Shown in pieces: positions 55,276 through 64,000 of a DNA stretch of 64,000 bases (position 1 is the stretch's first letter; each line of letters opens with the position of its first letter). The notes under the pieces were generated by a model. That model saw only the letters and a list, made by a program, of their open reading frames with translations, searched no databases and had not been told where the DNA came from. The DNA is from Patescibacteria group bacterium (GTDB taxonomy: Bacteria > Patescibacteriota > Saccharimonadia > UBA4664 > SCTI01): NCBI GenBank assembly GCA_004297735.1, contig SCTI01000002.1, forward strand, positions 417,578 to 481,577, in the 5' to 3' direction. The translations under genes and the position numbers were made by a program.

Positions 55276-55785
55276 ATGGAGAAAATTATGAATAAGAATG
55301 AATTAGACCCCAAAGTAAGCAGCACGTTAAGCTCAGCCAATATGGCATATGAGATTCTAGACTGCAGCGATGAGCTTGCCGATACAGCAGCTTTCTGCGA
55401 ACACTACAAAGTCTCGTTAGATCAGGCCGCGAATACATTACTGGTGGCATCAAGGAAAATTGAACCAACTCGGTATGCGGTTTGCGTAGTTCTTGCCACT
55501 ACGAGGTTGGATGTTAATAAAAAGGTTTCAGAGCTACTCGGTGCAAAGAAACTATCTTTCGCAGATGGCGAGACAACTCAGCGACTGACCGGGATGATGA
55601 TCGGTGGCGTTACAGCGGTTGGTATCAAAGATCTGCCTATCTATGTTGATACTGAGGTGATGCAGCGCGATAAGGTGGTGATGGGTGGTGGCAACCGAGT
55701 CACTAAAATCCTCATTAGTCCTCAAGAACTACTTAAGCTCAAAGAGGTTCAGGTTGTGCAGGGTCTAGCGAAAACAAGAGCGTAG
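55276..55785 (+). CDS. YbaK/ProX-type aminoacyl-tRNA deacylase domain protein
   Basis: 169 aa, ...KKLSFADGETTQRLTGMMIGGVTAVG...GGGNRV. Host-like AT-richer composition. Confidence 0.5.
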   Translation: MEKIMNKNELDPKVSSTLSSANMAYEILDCSDELADTAAFCEHYKVSLDQAANTLLVASRKIEPTRYAVCVVLATTRLDVNKKVSELLGAKKLSFADGETTQRLTGMMIGGVTAVGIKDLPIYVDTEVMQRDKVVMGGGNRVTKILISPQELLKLKEVQVVQGLAKTRA

Positions 55786-55876
55786 GCCAGATAAAACGGG
55801 TACATGGGGCGGGATATGAATCTCGCCCCACCCTGTTGGTTTCAAAAATAATAGATTTACAAAAACTATAATTCCT

Positions 55877-55951
55877 TGGTGACCCCACGGGGATTCGAAC
55901 CCCGGTTGCCAGGATGAAAACCTGGTGTCCTAACCCCTAGACGATGGGGCC
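55877..55951 (-). tRNA. tRNA-Glu (anticodon TTC)
   Basis: Reverse complement: acceptor ggcccca/tggggtc, anticodon loop ttttcat, T-arm cggggttcgaatccccg, CCA encoded. Confidence 0.8.
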
Positions 55952-56047
55952 ACGCTGCTAAAAGGACCGGGTTATAGTAGCCTATTTTGGGCTTTTTCTC
56001 AAGGGTATTGGGCCGTGATAGACTGGTAGGGATAATAAGGGGACGGG

Positions 56048-57346
56048 TTGATGCAGCACGAAGTTAGTGAACATGAGCTAGCTGGGGGCGCTCGCCTGCT
56101 TTTTATCCGTATCCCTAATACCATTACCTTCTACTGGGGAAGCTATTTCCGAGCTGGATACCGTTTTGTAAACAAGATTCAGGATTACGAACTGCCTCAT
56201 TTAGCGGAGCATCTGGCATTTGAGGGCACAAAACAATATCCGGATGACATTAAATTCAAGGTTGAGGTTGAGCGTGACGGGGCTTATTACAATGCGACGA
56301 CCGGCTTCAACCTTGTAAAGTACTACTTTGAGGGTGGCCGAGATGAGCTAAGGCGTATTATATCGTTGAACATGAGTCAGATCTATGAACCGCTCTTAAG
56401 GCCGAATGATATGGCGCAGGAAAAGCAGGTGATAACAAGAGAGCTGGGTCAGAAAAAAGAAAACGATAACATCCAGGCTCGCTATGTTGGCTATAACACA
56501 ATTATTCCCAAGATGAACCCTGATATTAGCCAGCGTATTGAGTGGTTGCAGGGTGTCTCGCTCGATGACATGAAGCGGTACCGTCGAGAGTTTTACGGCA
56601 CCGCAAACACCATGTTCTTATTAGCCGGGGATTATTCTGATGCGGAGCTTGCAGGGATCATCGCTCATATTAACGATGAGCTTGTGGGTAAGCCAAAAGG
56701 GTCTTTGCGCCCGGTGGTGCCCGCAAAAATTGGCGATTTTGGTGGCAAAATCATTACCCCACGGCCGTTTAGGGACAATCAAAGCATCTTTTATCTCACC
56801 TTTGTTCATGCTGGTCGAGACTTGGTCCACGAACCGGCTCTGTCAATACTGGATGCACTGTGCACCGGCGGTTTAAGTGGGCGGGTTCACGACAAGGCAC
56901 GTAAGGCCGGTTTGGCTTATGGGGTTGGGTCGGGCTTTGAGGTGGACTCCGACACTTCAGAATTTTATCTGGGTAGCCAGACCGATATTGGCCAGCTCGA
57001 ACCGCTTTTTGAACTGGTGGTTCGGGAGCTAGCCGAGATTAGGGCGGGTAATTTTGATGATTCAGAGCTTGATTGGGCTAAGGGCTATAAGATTGGCAGA
57101 GTAAGAAGAGGTGGTCAAACCCCAGCTGATTTTGCAGACTGGTATGGAAACTTGGCGGCCCTAGGACTATCAAACGAAAACCCAGAAGAGTGGGTTGGTA
57201 AGCTGAGGGCGGTTGATCGACAGGCAATCATGCGAGCGACCCAGAAGTATCTTCGCCATGACGTAAGCCTACTATCTTTAGTCGGCAAGGGCTTGGAGCA
57301 AAATCACACAGCCTATCAGGGAATCCTTTCTAAATACCTTGCATAA
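56048..57346 (+). CDS. M16-family (insulinase/pitrilysin-like) zinc peptidase
   Basis: Inverted zinc motif LPHLAEHLAFEGT (HxxEH). Confidence 0.75.
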   Translation: MMQHEVSEHELAGGARLLFIRIPNTITFYWGSYFRAGYRFVNKIQDYELPHLAEHLAFEGTKQYPDDIKFKVEVERDGAYYNATTGFNLVKYYFEGGRDELRRIISLNMSQIYEPLLRPNDMAQEKQVITRELGQKKENDNIQARYVGYNTIIPKMNPDISQRIEWLQGVSLDDMKRYRREFYGTANTMFLLAGDYSDAELAGIIAHINDELVGKPKGSLRPVVPAKIGDFGGKIITPRPFRDNQSIFYLTFVHAGRDLVHEPALSILDALCTGGLSGRVHDKARKAGLAYGVGSGFEVDSDTSEFYLGSQTDIGQLEPLFELVVRELAEIRAGNFDDSELDWAKGYKIGRVRRGGQTPADFADWYGNLAALGLSNENPEEWVGKLRAVDRQAIMRATQKYLRHDVSLLSLVGKGLEQNHTAYQGILSKYLA

Positions 57347-57391
57347 GCGGTATGGGTCGGTAGACTAAAGGGTAGATACAGGAGCCTCCTC

Positions 57392-58567
57392 ATGAAATAC
57401 AAAACCGTTAAAGATTTAGATTTAAAAGGCAAACGAGTGTTGGTGCGAGTCGATTATAATGTGCCGATTGATGATGGCGAGGTGGGCGATACGCTGCGAA
57501 TTGAGGCTTCATTTGAGACATTGAATTATTTGCTAGGTCAGGGGTGCTCGCTGGTGTTAATAAGCTCGGCGGGCCGGCCAGGGGGCAAGGTGGTGCCGGA
57601 ACTAAGCTTGGCACCGATTGCTAAAAAGGCAGCTGAGTTACTGGGTAAGCCAATCGCGTTTATCCCCGAAAGTGTTGGACCGCAAGCGGTGGCGGCGGCT
57701 AAAGCACTCCGCCCGGGGGACATTATGATGCTGGAGAATCTGCGGTTTCATGAAGAAGAGGAGGCCAACTCCCCTGCTTTTGCGCGTCAGCTGGCCGACT
57801 TGGGCGAGGTGTATGTGGACGATGCGTTTGCTAACATCCACCGCAAGCATGCTTCGATGGTGGGTATCCCGGAGTTTTTGCCTGGAGGCATTGGGTTCTT
57901 GGTAGAAAAGGAGATTCAGCACATTGGTGGCGCGCTGGATAAGCCGGTGCGGCCGTTGGTAGCAATTATTGGCGGCGCTAAGGTTTCAACCAAGATCGAG
58001 GTACTTGATAACTTAATGAAGTACGTTAATAAGTTGGTGATTGGCGGAGCGATGGCCAACACCTTTTTGGCGGCACAGGGCCACGAGGTGGGTAAGAGTA
58101 AGCAAGATAAGGATGATTATGAGATTGCGCTTCGAGTTATAGGTGACGCTCAAGAGGTGGGTGTTGAGATGGTTTTGCCGGAAGACGTGCTGGTGAGTAA
58201 AAGTGTCGAGAAAGGTCCAGCTAAGCTGGTTGACATTAAAGAGGTGGGTAAGGACGACTATATTGTTGACCTTGGACCCAAGACGGTGGCAAAGATGGTT
58301 AATCCGCTCGATTTTAAGGGGAGCGTGATTTGGAACGGTCCGCTGGGAATTACCGAGGTACCGGAGTTTGCCAAGTACACTCACCTGCTGGCTGAAAACA
58401 TTATTGAGTCGGGCGCTCCGTGTATTGTGGGCGGCGGCGACACGGCGGCGTTTGTGGATGAGGCCGGCTTGCACGATAAGTTCACTTGGGTGAGTACCGG
58501 TGGCGGTGCCAGCCTTGAGCTGATGTCCGGTCGCGAACTGCCCGGTTTAGAAGTGCTGGAGGCGTAA
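57392..58567 (+). CDS. pgk: Phosphoglycerate kinase
   Basis: [12 protein letters not shown]...; 391 aa, colinear with Pgk. Confidence 0.9.
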   Translation: MKYKTVKDLDLKGKRVLVRVDYNVPIDDGEVGDTLRIEASFETLNYLLGQGCSLVLISSAGRPGGKVVPELSLAPIAKKAAELLGKPIAFIPESVGPQAVAAAKALRPGDIMMLENLRFHEEEEANSPAFARQLADLGEVYVDDAFANIHRKHASMVGIPEFLPGGIGFLVEKEIQHIGGALDKPVRPLVAIIGGAKVSTKIEVLDNLMKYVNKLVIGGAMANTFLAAQGHEVGKSKQDKDDYEIALRVIGDAQEVGVEMVLPEDVLVSKSVEKGPAKLVDIKEVGKDDYIVDLGPKTVAKMVNPLDFKGSVIWNGPLGITEVPEFAKYTHLLAENIIESGAPCIVGGGDTAAFVDEAGLHDKFTWVSTGGGASLELMSGRELPGLEVLEA

Positions 58568-58580
58568 AAAGCGAAGGCTA

Positions 58581-59126
58581 ATGAGGGTATTAATTATTGG
58601 CCCCAGCGGTAGCGGCAAAAGCTATCTTGCTCGTAAGCTCTCCCAAATTTACCAAGCTCCTCATATCGAGCTCGATAAAATATGGCTCAAATATGGTGGC
58701 CGCAGCCTGTATAGGACAAAGCCAGATGAGCTAATTGCCGAGAAAGACTCTCTGCGAGACAATATTTTGGGCGAAGTAAAGAGTTTAACCAAGGGTAAGG
58801 ATTGGGTTGTTGATGGGAATTATAGCTATGTCCGAGATGCTTTATTGGATAAGGCCGACAGGGTTATTCTAATTAACTTTACCAAGAGTACTGCCATCGG
58901 GAACCTCATTAAAAGACAATTAAGGGGCGAGAATAGGCGGCGTGGATATAATTTAAGCGACTTCGTCTTTCACCTTCCTAGGGCACTAAAAAATCACAGT
59001 AGGTCGAGTCAGAAATTGCAGCAATCGATCGCATCGCACAAAGATGTGGTGGTGTTAACTGATAAAACAGAAATAAATTCTTATATAGCTTTTGAAAGGC
59101 ATAACCGTGATAATATAAAGCCATGA
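58581..59126 (+). CDS. P-loop NTPase, adenylate-kinase-like / FlaR topology-modulation family
   Basis: [20 protein letters not shown] Walker A at the N-terminus. 181 aa. Confidence 0.6.
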   Translation: MRVLIIGPSGSGKSYLARKLSQIYQAPHIELDKIWLKYGGRSLYRTKPDELIAEKDSLRDNILGEVKSLTKGKDWVVDGNYSYVRDALLDKADRVILINFTKSTAIGNLIKRQLRGENRRRGYNLSDFVFHLPRALKNHSRSSQKLQQSIASHKDVVVLTDKTEINSYIAFERHNRDNIKP

Positions 59127-59887
59127 AGCACTACAGTATTGTGGGCAACTGGAAGATGCACGAGACGCCGGATCAGGCGGTCAAGTTGGTTGAGCGGCTG
59201 CAAAAGCAGCTCAAGCCGCATACTCATGTAACAACGGTGGTCTGTCCCCCATTTGTTGACCTGCACCAGGTTAAGGATATGTTGGAGCCGGACCTGCTTA
59301 AGTTGGGCGCCCAAAACCTTTACGAAAAAGATGAGGGGGCGATTACCGGTGAGGTGTCCGGCCCAATGTTAAAGCCTTTGGTGGATTATGTAATCGTGGG
59401 GCATTCCGAGCGCCGCAAGTACGCTCATGAGCGCGACATCCAGATTGCCGATAAGCTGGCGGCGGCGGTCCGAAACGACCTCAAGCCAATTTTGTGCGTT
59501 GGCGAAAAGCTATCTGATCGCGAGGAGGGCCACAGTCGCCGAGTGGTGGTCGACCAGCTACACGTTGACTTAAGTCAGCTAACCGATGATGATGTTCGCA
59601 GTCTGACGGTCGCCTACGAGCCGATCTGGGCGATTGGCACCGGTGAGTTTGCTAAGCCCAGCCAGGTTACTCCGGTGGTGGCGGTGATCCGCGAAACCCT
59701 GGTGGAGCTGTTTGGCAAAGAGGTCGGTAGCCAGGTTGAGATTTTATATGGCGGCAGCGTTGATGCCGATAATGCCTCGGCGTATCTAGAGCTTGACGAT
59801 GTTAATGGTCTGCTGGTGGGTGGCGCCAGCTTGAACTACCAAACCTTTGCCAAAATTGTTGAATTGGCCCAAAAGCAAGCCGAATAA
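59123..59887 (+). CDS. tpiA: Triosephosphate isomerase
   Basis: VGNWKMH, VGHSERR, AYEPIWAIGTG. Confidence 0.9.
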   Translation: MKHYSIVGNWKMHETPDQAVKLVERLQKQLKPHTHVTTVVCPPFVDLHQVKDMLEPDLLKLGAQNLYEKDEGAITGEVSGPMLKPLVDYVIVGHSERRKYAHERDIQIADKLAAAVRNDLKPILCVGEKLSDREEGHSRRVVVDQLHVDLSQLTDDDVRSLTVAYEPIWAIGTGEFAKPSQVTPVVAVIRETLVELFGKEVGSQVEILYGGSVDADNASAYLELDDVNGLLVGGASLNYQTFAKIVELAQKQAE

Positions 59888-59905
59888 TTACAGTTAAAGA
59901 GTTGA

Positions 59906-59937
59906 GGGCACGGTCCCTCGGGGGAAGGACCGTGCCC
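59906..59937 (+). terminator. GC-rich 11-bp-stem hairpin after tpiA (no U-tract)
   Basis: gggcacggtcc-ctcgggggaa-ggaccgtgccc. Confidence 0.4.
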
Positions 59938-60258
59938 TGATATGTGACGCTGACACCGGGGGGAATGATTGGCATCAGCGCCGCGCGAAGTATTTGTGGA
60001 GGTGCGGTGGTGGGCCATCCGCCACCGCACCTCCGTGCCCAGGATGAAGGAACAACCTTTGGGCTGCGATCATAGCATGTCCCGCTGTGATCACCGGCGC
60101 GACGTGACGCGCACCTTATATGTTGACACCCATCACGAAGGGAGCCTATGTGGTAATTCGGAACGCGGTGAGGCGACAGGCGACAAGGCCGGCCGCGGCC
60201 ACGCTCTACCCAAACCTTAACACATGTTATTTGGTGATAATAGAGCTATTTTTAACGC

Positions 60259-62415
60259 TTGGTCGACTGGTACAATAAGGTGATGAAAGATTTGTTGAGC
60301 GAACTAAACGAACCGCAGCGCCAGGCGGTGTTGGCAACCGAGGGCCCGGTGCTGATGCTGGCCGGTGCCGGTAGCGGTAAAACCAAGGCGCTAACGCATC
60401 GGGTGGCTTACTTGGTCCGCGAAAAAAAGGTGTCACCGAGCAATATTTTAGCGGTGACCTTTACCAATAAGGCCGCCGGTGAGATGAGGCATCGAGTTTT
60501 GGCACTGCTGGGGCGTCCGGTTGAAAACAAAGGTTATTTGCCGTTTATGGGAACCTTTCATGCGATTTGTTTACGGATACTACGACGCGATGGCGCTCAC
60601 ATTGGGTTGAGCAGCAGTTTTACGATTTTTGATGCCCAAGATAGCTTAAGTTCAATCAAGCAAGCTATGCGCCAGCTTGGGATTGATGAAAAGCAGTACG
60701 CCCCTAATTATATTGCGGCGCTAATATCTTCAGCCAAGAACGAACTGTTAACGGCCGCTGCTTACGGCCAGTACGCTCGCGGGGGTGCGCAACAGGTGGC
60801 GGCTCAGGTCTATCCGTTGTATCAGCAGATTCTAACCCAGGCGGGCGCGGTCGATTTTGACGATATTATTATGAAGACGGTTCAGCTGTTTAAGCACCCG
60901 GATATTCTGGAACATTGGCAGCGCCAGTTTAGCTACATCATGATTGACGAGTACCAAGACACCAATCATGCTCAGTACCGGCTGGTTAAGCTGTTGGCCA
61001 CGGCTCATCGCAACATTTGTGTGGTGGGGGACGACTGGCAGGCAATTTATTCCTGGCGCGGGGCTAACTTTCAAAACATTCTGGATTTCGAGAAGGACTA
61101 TCCAGACGCCCAGGTGATCAAGCTCGAGCAAAACTATCGTTCGACCAAGAATATTTTAGATGCGGCGCACGCGGTGATCGCTCATAACACCGTCCGGTCT
61201 AACAAGAAGCTGTGGACCGACCGCGATGGCGGCGAGGGCGTTAATATTATTACCGCCTTTGACCAAGACCAGGAAGGCGATATTATCTGCCAGACGGTTG
61301 AGCGGTTGGTGGCAACCAAGCAGATTCAGCTACGCGATGTGGCGATCCTGTACCGAGTTGGCGCCCAGTCTCGTACCCTGGAGGAGGCGCTCCTGCGACA
61401 CAATCTGCCGTATAAGATTGTGGGCGGGACTCGGTTTTATGAGCGCAAAGAGATCAAGGACGCAATGGCCTACCTTAGGTTGATTCATAACCCAGAGGAT
61501 ATTGTGAGTTTTAACCGCGTAATCAATCTGCCACCACGAGGGCTAGGCGATAAAAGCTTGGAGCGACTGATGCAGTTCCGGCGTAGTCGCAATGTTACTT
61601 TACTGGAGGCCCTAGCGGCTTCGGCTGAGGTTGAGGGCTTAACCGCTAAGGCGCGGGCGGCTTTATTGCAGTTTTACGGCTTAATCCACAGTTTGCGCCT
61701 AGAGGCCGATCGACTGCCGGTTGCCTCGCTGTTAGAGCGAGTGTTGCATCAAAGTGGCTATATGGCCCACCTGGATGACGGCAGCGTGACCGCCGGTGAC
61801 CGGATCGAAAATGTTAAGGAGCTGTTAAGTGTGGCCGAAACCTATCAAGAGCTTGGTCTAGACGGCTTTCTTGAGGAGGTGGCGTTGGTGTCGGATATCG
61901 ACAACTACTCAACCGATACCGAGGCGGTTACCTTAATGACCATGCACGCAGCCAAGGGGTTGGAGTTCCCGCTGGTGTTCATTCCGGGTATGGAGGAGGG
62001 TATTTTCCCTCACAGCCGTACCTTTACCGAGGCCTCGGAGCTCGAAGAGGAGCGCCGGCTGTGTTACGTGGCCATGACTAGAGCCAAGCATCAGCTTTAC
62101 CTGCTGCACACCCAGTCTCGGTTGTTATATGGTGGGGTACAGTACAACCCACCCTCACGCTTTTTGCAGGACATTCCATTAGAGGTCCAGACCACCCAGT
62201 ACCGTGGCATGGGTTCGCCGCAGCCGGCGACCGAGGTATCGCACATGGCCGAGGATAAGGCCGACTTGCAGCCTGGCGATAAGGTGCGTCACGCCAAGTT
62301 TGGGCAGGGTATCGTGACGGCGGTTGAGGGGGATGAGGTGACAGCGGCCTTTGAAGGTCTTGGCACCAAGCGGCTGAGCTTATCCTTTGCTCCACTTGAA
62401 AAACTTGAAAATTGA
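60259..62415 (+). CDS. pcrA: ATP-dependent DNA helicase PcrA/UvrD family
   Basis: LNEPQRQAV...LAGAGSGKTKALTHRVAYL (motif I), DEYQDTN (motif II), VGDDWQAIYSWRGA. 718 aa. Confidence 0.9.
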   Translation: MVDWYNKVMKDLLSELNEPQRQAVLATEGPVLMLAGAGSGKTKALTHRVAYLVREKKVSPSNILAVTFTNKAAGEMRHRVLALLGRPVENKGYLPFMGTFHAICLRILRRDGAHIGLSSSFTIFDAQDSLSSIKQAMRQLGIDEKQYAPNYIAALISSAKNELLTAAAYGQYARGGAQQVAAQVYPLYQQILTQAGAVDFDDIIMKTVQLFKHPDILEHWQRQFSYIMIDEYQDTNHAQYRLVKLLATAHRNICVVGDDWQAIYSWRGANFQNILDFEKDYPDAQVIKLEQNYRSTKNILDAAHAVIAHNTVRSNKKLWTDRDGGEGVNIITAFDQDQEGDIICQTVERLVATKQIQLRDVAILYRVGAQSRTLEEALLRHNLPYKIVGGTRFYERKEIKDAMAYLRLIHNPEDIVSFNRVINLPPRGLGDKSLERLMQFRRSRNVTLLEALAASAEVEGLTAKARAALLQFYGLIHSLRLEADRLPVASLLERVLHQSGYMAHLDDGSVTAGDRIENVKELLSVAETYQELGLDGFLEEVALVSDIDNYSTDTEAVTLMTMHAAKGLEFPLVFIPGMEEGIFPHSRTFTEASELEEERRLCYVAMTRAKHQLYLLHTQSRLLYGGVQYNPPSRFLQDIPLEVQTTQYRGMGSPQPATEVSHMAEDKADLQPGDKVRHAKFGQGIVTAVEGDEVTAAFEGLGTKRLSLSFAPLEKLEN

Positions 62416-62589
62416 ATAAAAAATGTGCTCATTATGGCTAATTTTTGGCAATTATCTTGACATTCACTCCTGATAAGCTAAAATTAAGCACAAGGATTTC
62501 GAGGTATTGGAGTCCAAAAACACAAAGCCCAAAAGCAGTCCGTTTTTCTGCTAATTCGTGAGGCTGATATTACTAAACCGCTATCAAAC

Positions 62590-63720
62590 ATGTTGCAGGC
62601 CCCGGCCGGACATTTGTTTAGAACGATTATTTTTGGGATTGCCATGACCACCCTGGCCGTTGTGGTTATTGGCTTAGTTATTGGAGTTATACCCCCGCCA
62701 AAAAGCGCTTTAGCCGACTCGTCACGAATAGTCAGCGTGTATGCCGACGGTCATAAAAAGGTGATTACAACCGAATCAACCACAGTCCGAGCGTCCTTGG
62801 GCGCGGCTGGGATTGAGGTGCACGAGGGCGATTTGGTTGAGCCGAATCTAGACACCGACATACCGGCCGGTTTCTTTAATGTAAACGTTTATCGGTCGCG
62901 ACCGGTGGTGGTGGTTGATGGTGCAAAGAAGATGCTGGTGCAGACGGCGCTACAAAGCCCCAAGCTGATTGCCGAGGCGGCTGGGCTAAAAACCTACCCC
63001 GAGGATACCTTTACGCTCAACACAATTGCCGATCCAACCAACGTTGGTACGGTTGGGCAGCAGGTCGTAATTGACCGTGCTACGCCAGTTTTGATTGAAG
63101 CCGATGGCAAGCAGACGGTGGTGCGTACGCAACAGGCCACCGTGGGTGCGCTGCTGGCTGAGCGCGACGTCGCTTTGGGCCCGCAAGACACAGTTGATAC
63201 CCCGCGTGAGGCCGTCATCACTCCTAATCTGGTAATTAAGGTTAACCGAGTTAAGATTGTGATTGCTCGCGAGGAGACCAAGATTGAGCGCGCAACCGAG
63301 ACGGTTAAGGATCCACAGCTTGAGGCCGGCAAGACTGAGGTCCGCGAAGAGGGTAAAGACGGCGTTAAGGTAGCTATGTACCGCGTTAACTACAACAACG
63401 GAGTTGAGGCTGGTCGCCAGCTGCTCAGCCAGCAGGTAACCGAGCAGCCGGTAACCAAGGTGATCGTGGTTGGCACCAAGCAGGATGACGCTTGGTACAA
63501 GTTGCGTCTGTGTGAGTCGGGTAATAATTACGGCAACAAGCGCAATCCATTCTACCGCGGCGCCTACCAGTTTTCGTACGGTACGTGGTCGGCTATGGGC
63601 GGTAGCGGCGACCCAGCCGACGCCTCGCCATCCGAGCAAGATATGCGGGCAAAGAAGTTATTTGAACGTAGTGGTGCCAGCCAGTGGCCAATCTGCGGCC
63701 GGTTTTTATCGAATTCATAG
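62590..63720 (+). CDS. RpfB-like resuscitation-promoting factor (TM anchor, DUF348/G5-like repeats, C-terminal Rpf transglycosylase-like domain)
   Basis: C-terminus WYKLRLCESGNNYGNKRNPFYRGAYQFSYGTWSAMGG...SPSEQDMRAKKLFERSGASQWPICG matches the Rpf lysozyme-like domain. The alternative start is the ATG at 62644. Confidence 0.7.
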   Translation: MLQAPAGHLFRTIIFGIAMTTLAVVVIGLVIGVIPPPKSALADSSRIVSVYADGHKKVITTESTTVRASLGAAGIEVHEGDLVEPNLDTDIPAGFFNVNVYRSRPVVVVDGAKKMLVQTALQSPKLIAEAAGLKTYPEDTFTLNTIADPTNVGTVGQQVVIDRATPVLIEADGKQTVVRTQQATVGALLAERDVALGPQDTVDTPREAVITPNLVIKVNRVKIVIAREETKIERATETVKDPQLEAGKTEVREEGKDGVKVAMYRVNYNNGVEAGRQLLSQQVTEQPVTKVIVVGTKQDDAWYKLRLCESGNNYGNKRNPFYRGAYQFSYGTWSAMGGSGDPADASPSEQDMRAKKLFERSGASQWPICGRFLSNS

Positions 63721-63743
63721 CCGTCTATTGACTGTAGCTGAAA

Positions 63744-64000
63744 TTAGGCCTGCTGGAGATAAAAAGAGTCGGAAGTAACGCGAAGTCCCTGGCTCTTGAT
63801 ATAGTCTAGTTTCTCAGTAGGGCCCTTTTTGCGAAGGTCCATTGGTAATCTGGTATTCAAATATTCAAAAAGGTCATTACTGATAACTTTCTTTTTATTG
63901 TCAGTGGGGATGATGCCAATCTTTTTCCAGGTCTCTAAAGGAATCGATTCGGAAAGCTCAAAAACAAACTTTCCGTTAAAGGTAATTGTGCCAAAGTCCA
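63744..64000 (-). CDS. Hypothetical protein, 5'-partial (continues beyond the window end)
   Basis: Open frame on the minus strand ending ...KKGPTEKLDYIKSQGLRVTSDSFYLQQA*. AT-rich. Confidence 0.35.
   Translation of the reverse strand, partial: DFGTITFNGKFVFELSESIPLETWKKIGIIPTDNKKKVISNDLFEYLNTRLPMDLRKKGPTEKLDYIKSQGLRVTSDSFYLQQA

Noticed and set aside
45700-55300. Complete prophage
   Set aside because: Only tail-fibre/tailspike-like genes are present. No integrase, terminase, portal, capsid or attachment repeats were detected, so at most it is a remnant or a domesticated module.
59969-60220. 83-aa ORF in the tpiA-pcrA spacer
   Set aside because: Poor codon character and no RBS. The region is better explained as structured non-coding sequence.
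62590-63720. Treating the Rpf-like gene as evidence for an actinobacterial origin of the whole window
   Set aside because: A single Rpf-like domain is insufficient for that. The lineage assignment stays tentative and is stated only as inference.
1-64000. CRISPR array, cas genes, integrase, transposase, or rRNA operon
   Set aside because: No short regularly spaced direct repeats were seen. No ORF shows RuvC/HNH Cas9-like, tyrosine-recombinase (R..H..R..Y) or DDE motifs, and there is no rRNA-like sequence.

Overview
This 64 kb window reads as a chromosomal segment from a small-genome bacterium. Several traits point to a Candidate Phyla Radiation / Saccharibacteria-like organism, though this is inference: a lamin-tail-domain protein with a lysine-rich tail, a truncated TsaB, an rny-ymdB pair, two tandem giant surface proteins, and an Rpf-like transglycosylase. 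Housekeeping genes include tsaE/tsaB, rny, ymdB, hup, murA, pgk, tpiA, pcrA, two histidine-kinase/response-regulator pairs, a MacB-type ABC exporter, M23/M20/M16 peptidases and a ZIP transporter. Eight tRNA genes sit in four clusters. Between or beside these tRNA clusters lie segments with a clearly different, GC3-biased composition. One is at 27.7-30.1 kb (ArsR-like regulator plus hypotheticals). A larger one is at about 45.7-55.0 kb. The larger island holds an orphan phage-like tail-fibre/beta-helix tailspike pair. It also holds a run of single-gene transcription units, each with its own promoter and intrinsic terminator, including two paralogous genes with duplicated promoter regions (one disrupted by a frameshift at a homopolymer). 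The island further holds a large J-domain protein and a 443-aa unknown protein, with no integrase, ATPase or nuclease signature I can recognise. That cassette region is the best candidate for an undescribed system. Other points of interest: a divergent PlsC-family acyltransferase / N-acyl-amino-acid-synthase-like / membrane methyltransferase cluster (possible aminolipid synthesis), a toxin/immunity-like gene pair, a structured leader with a Shine-Dalgarno-equipped 12-codon ORF, and two GC-rich structured non-coding regions. No CRISPR array, integrase, transposase or rRNA was found.
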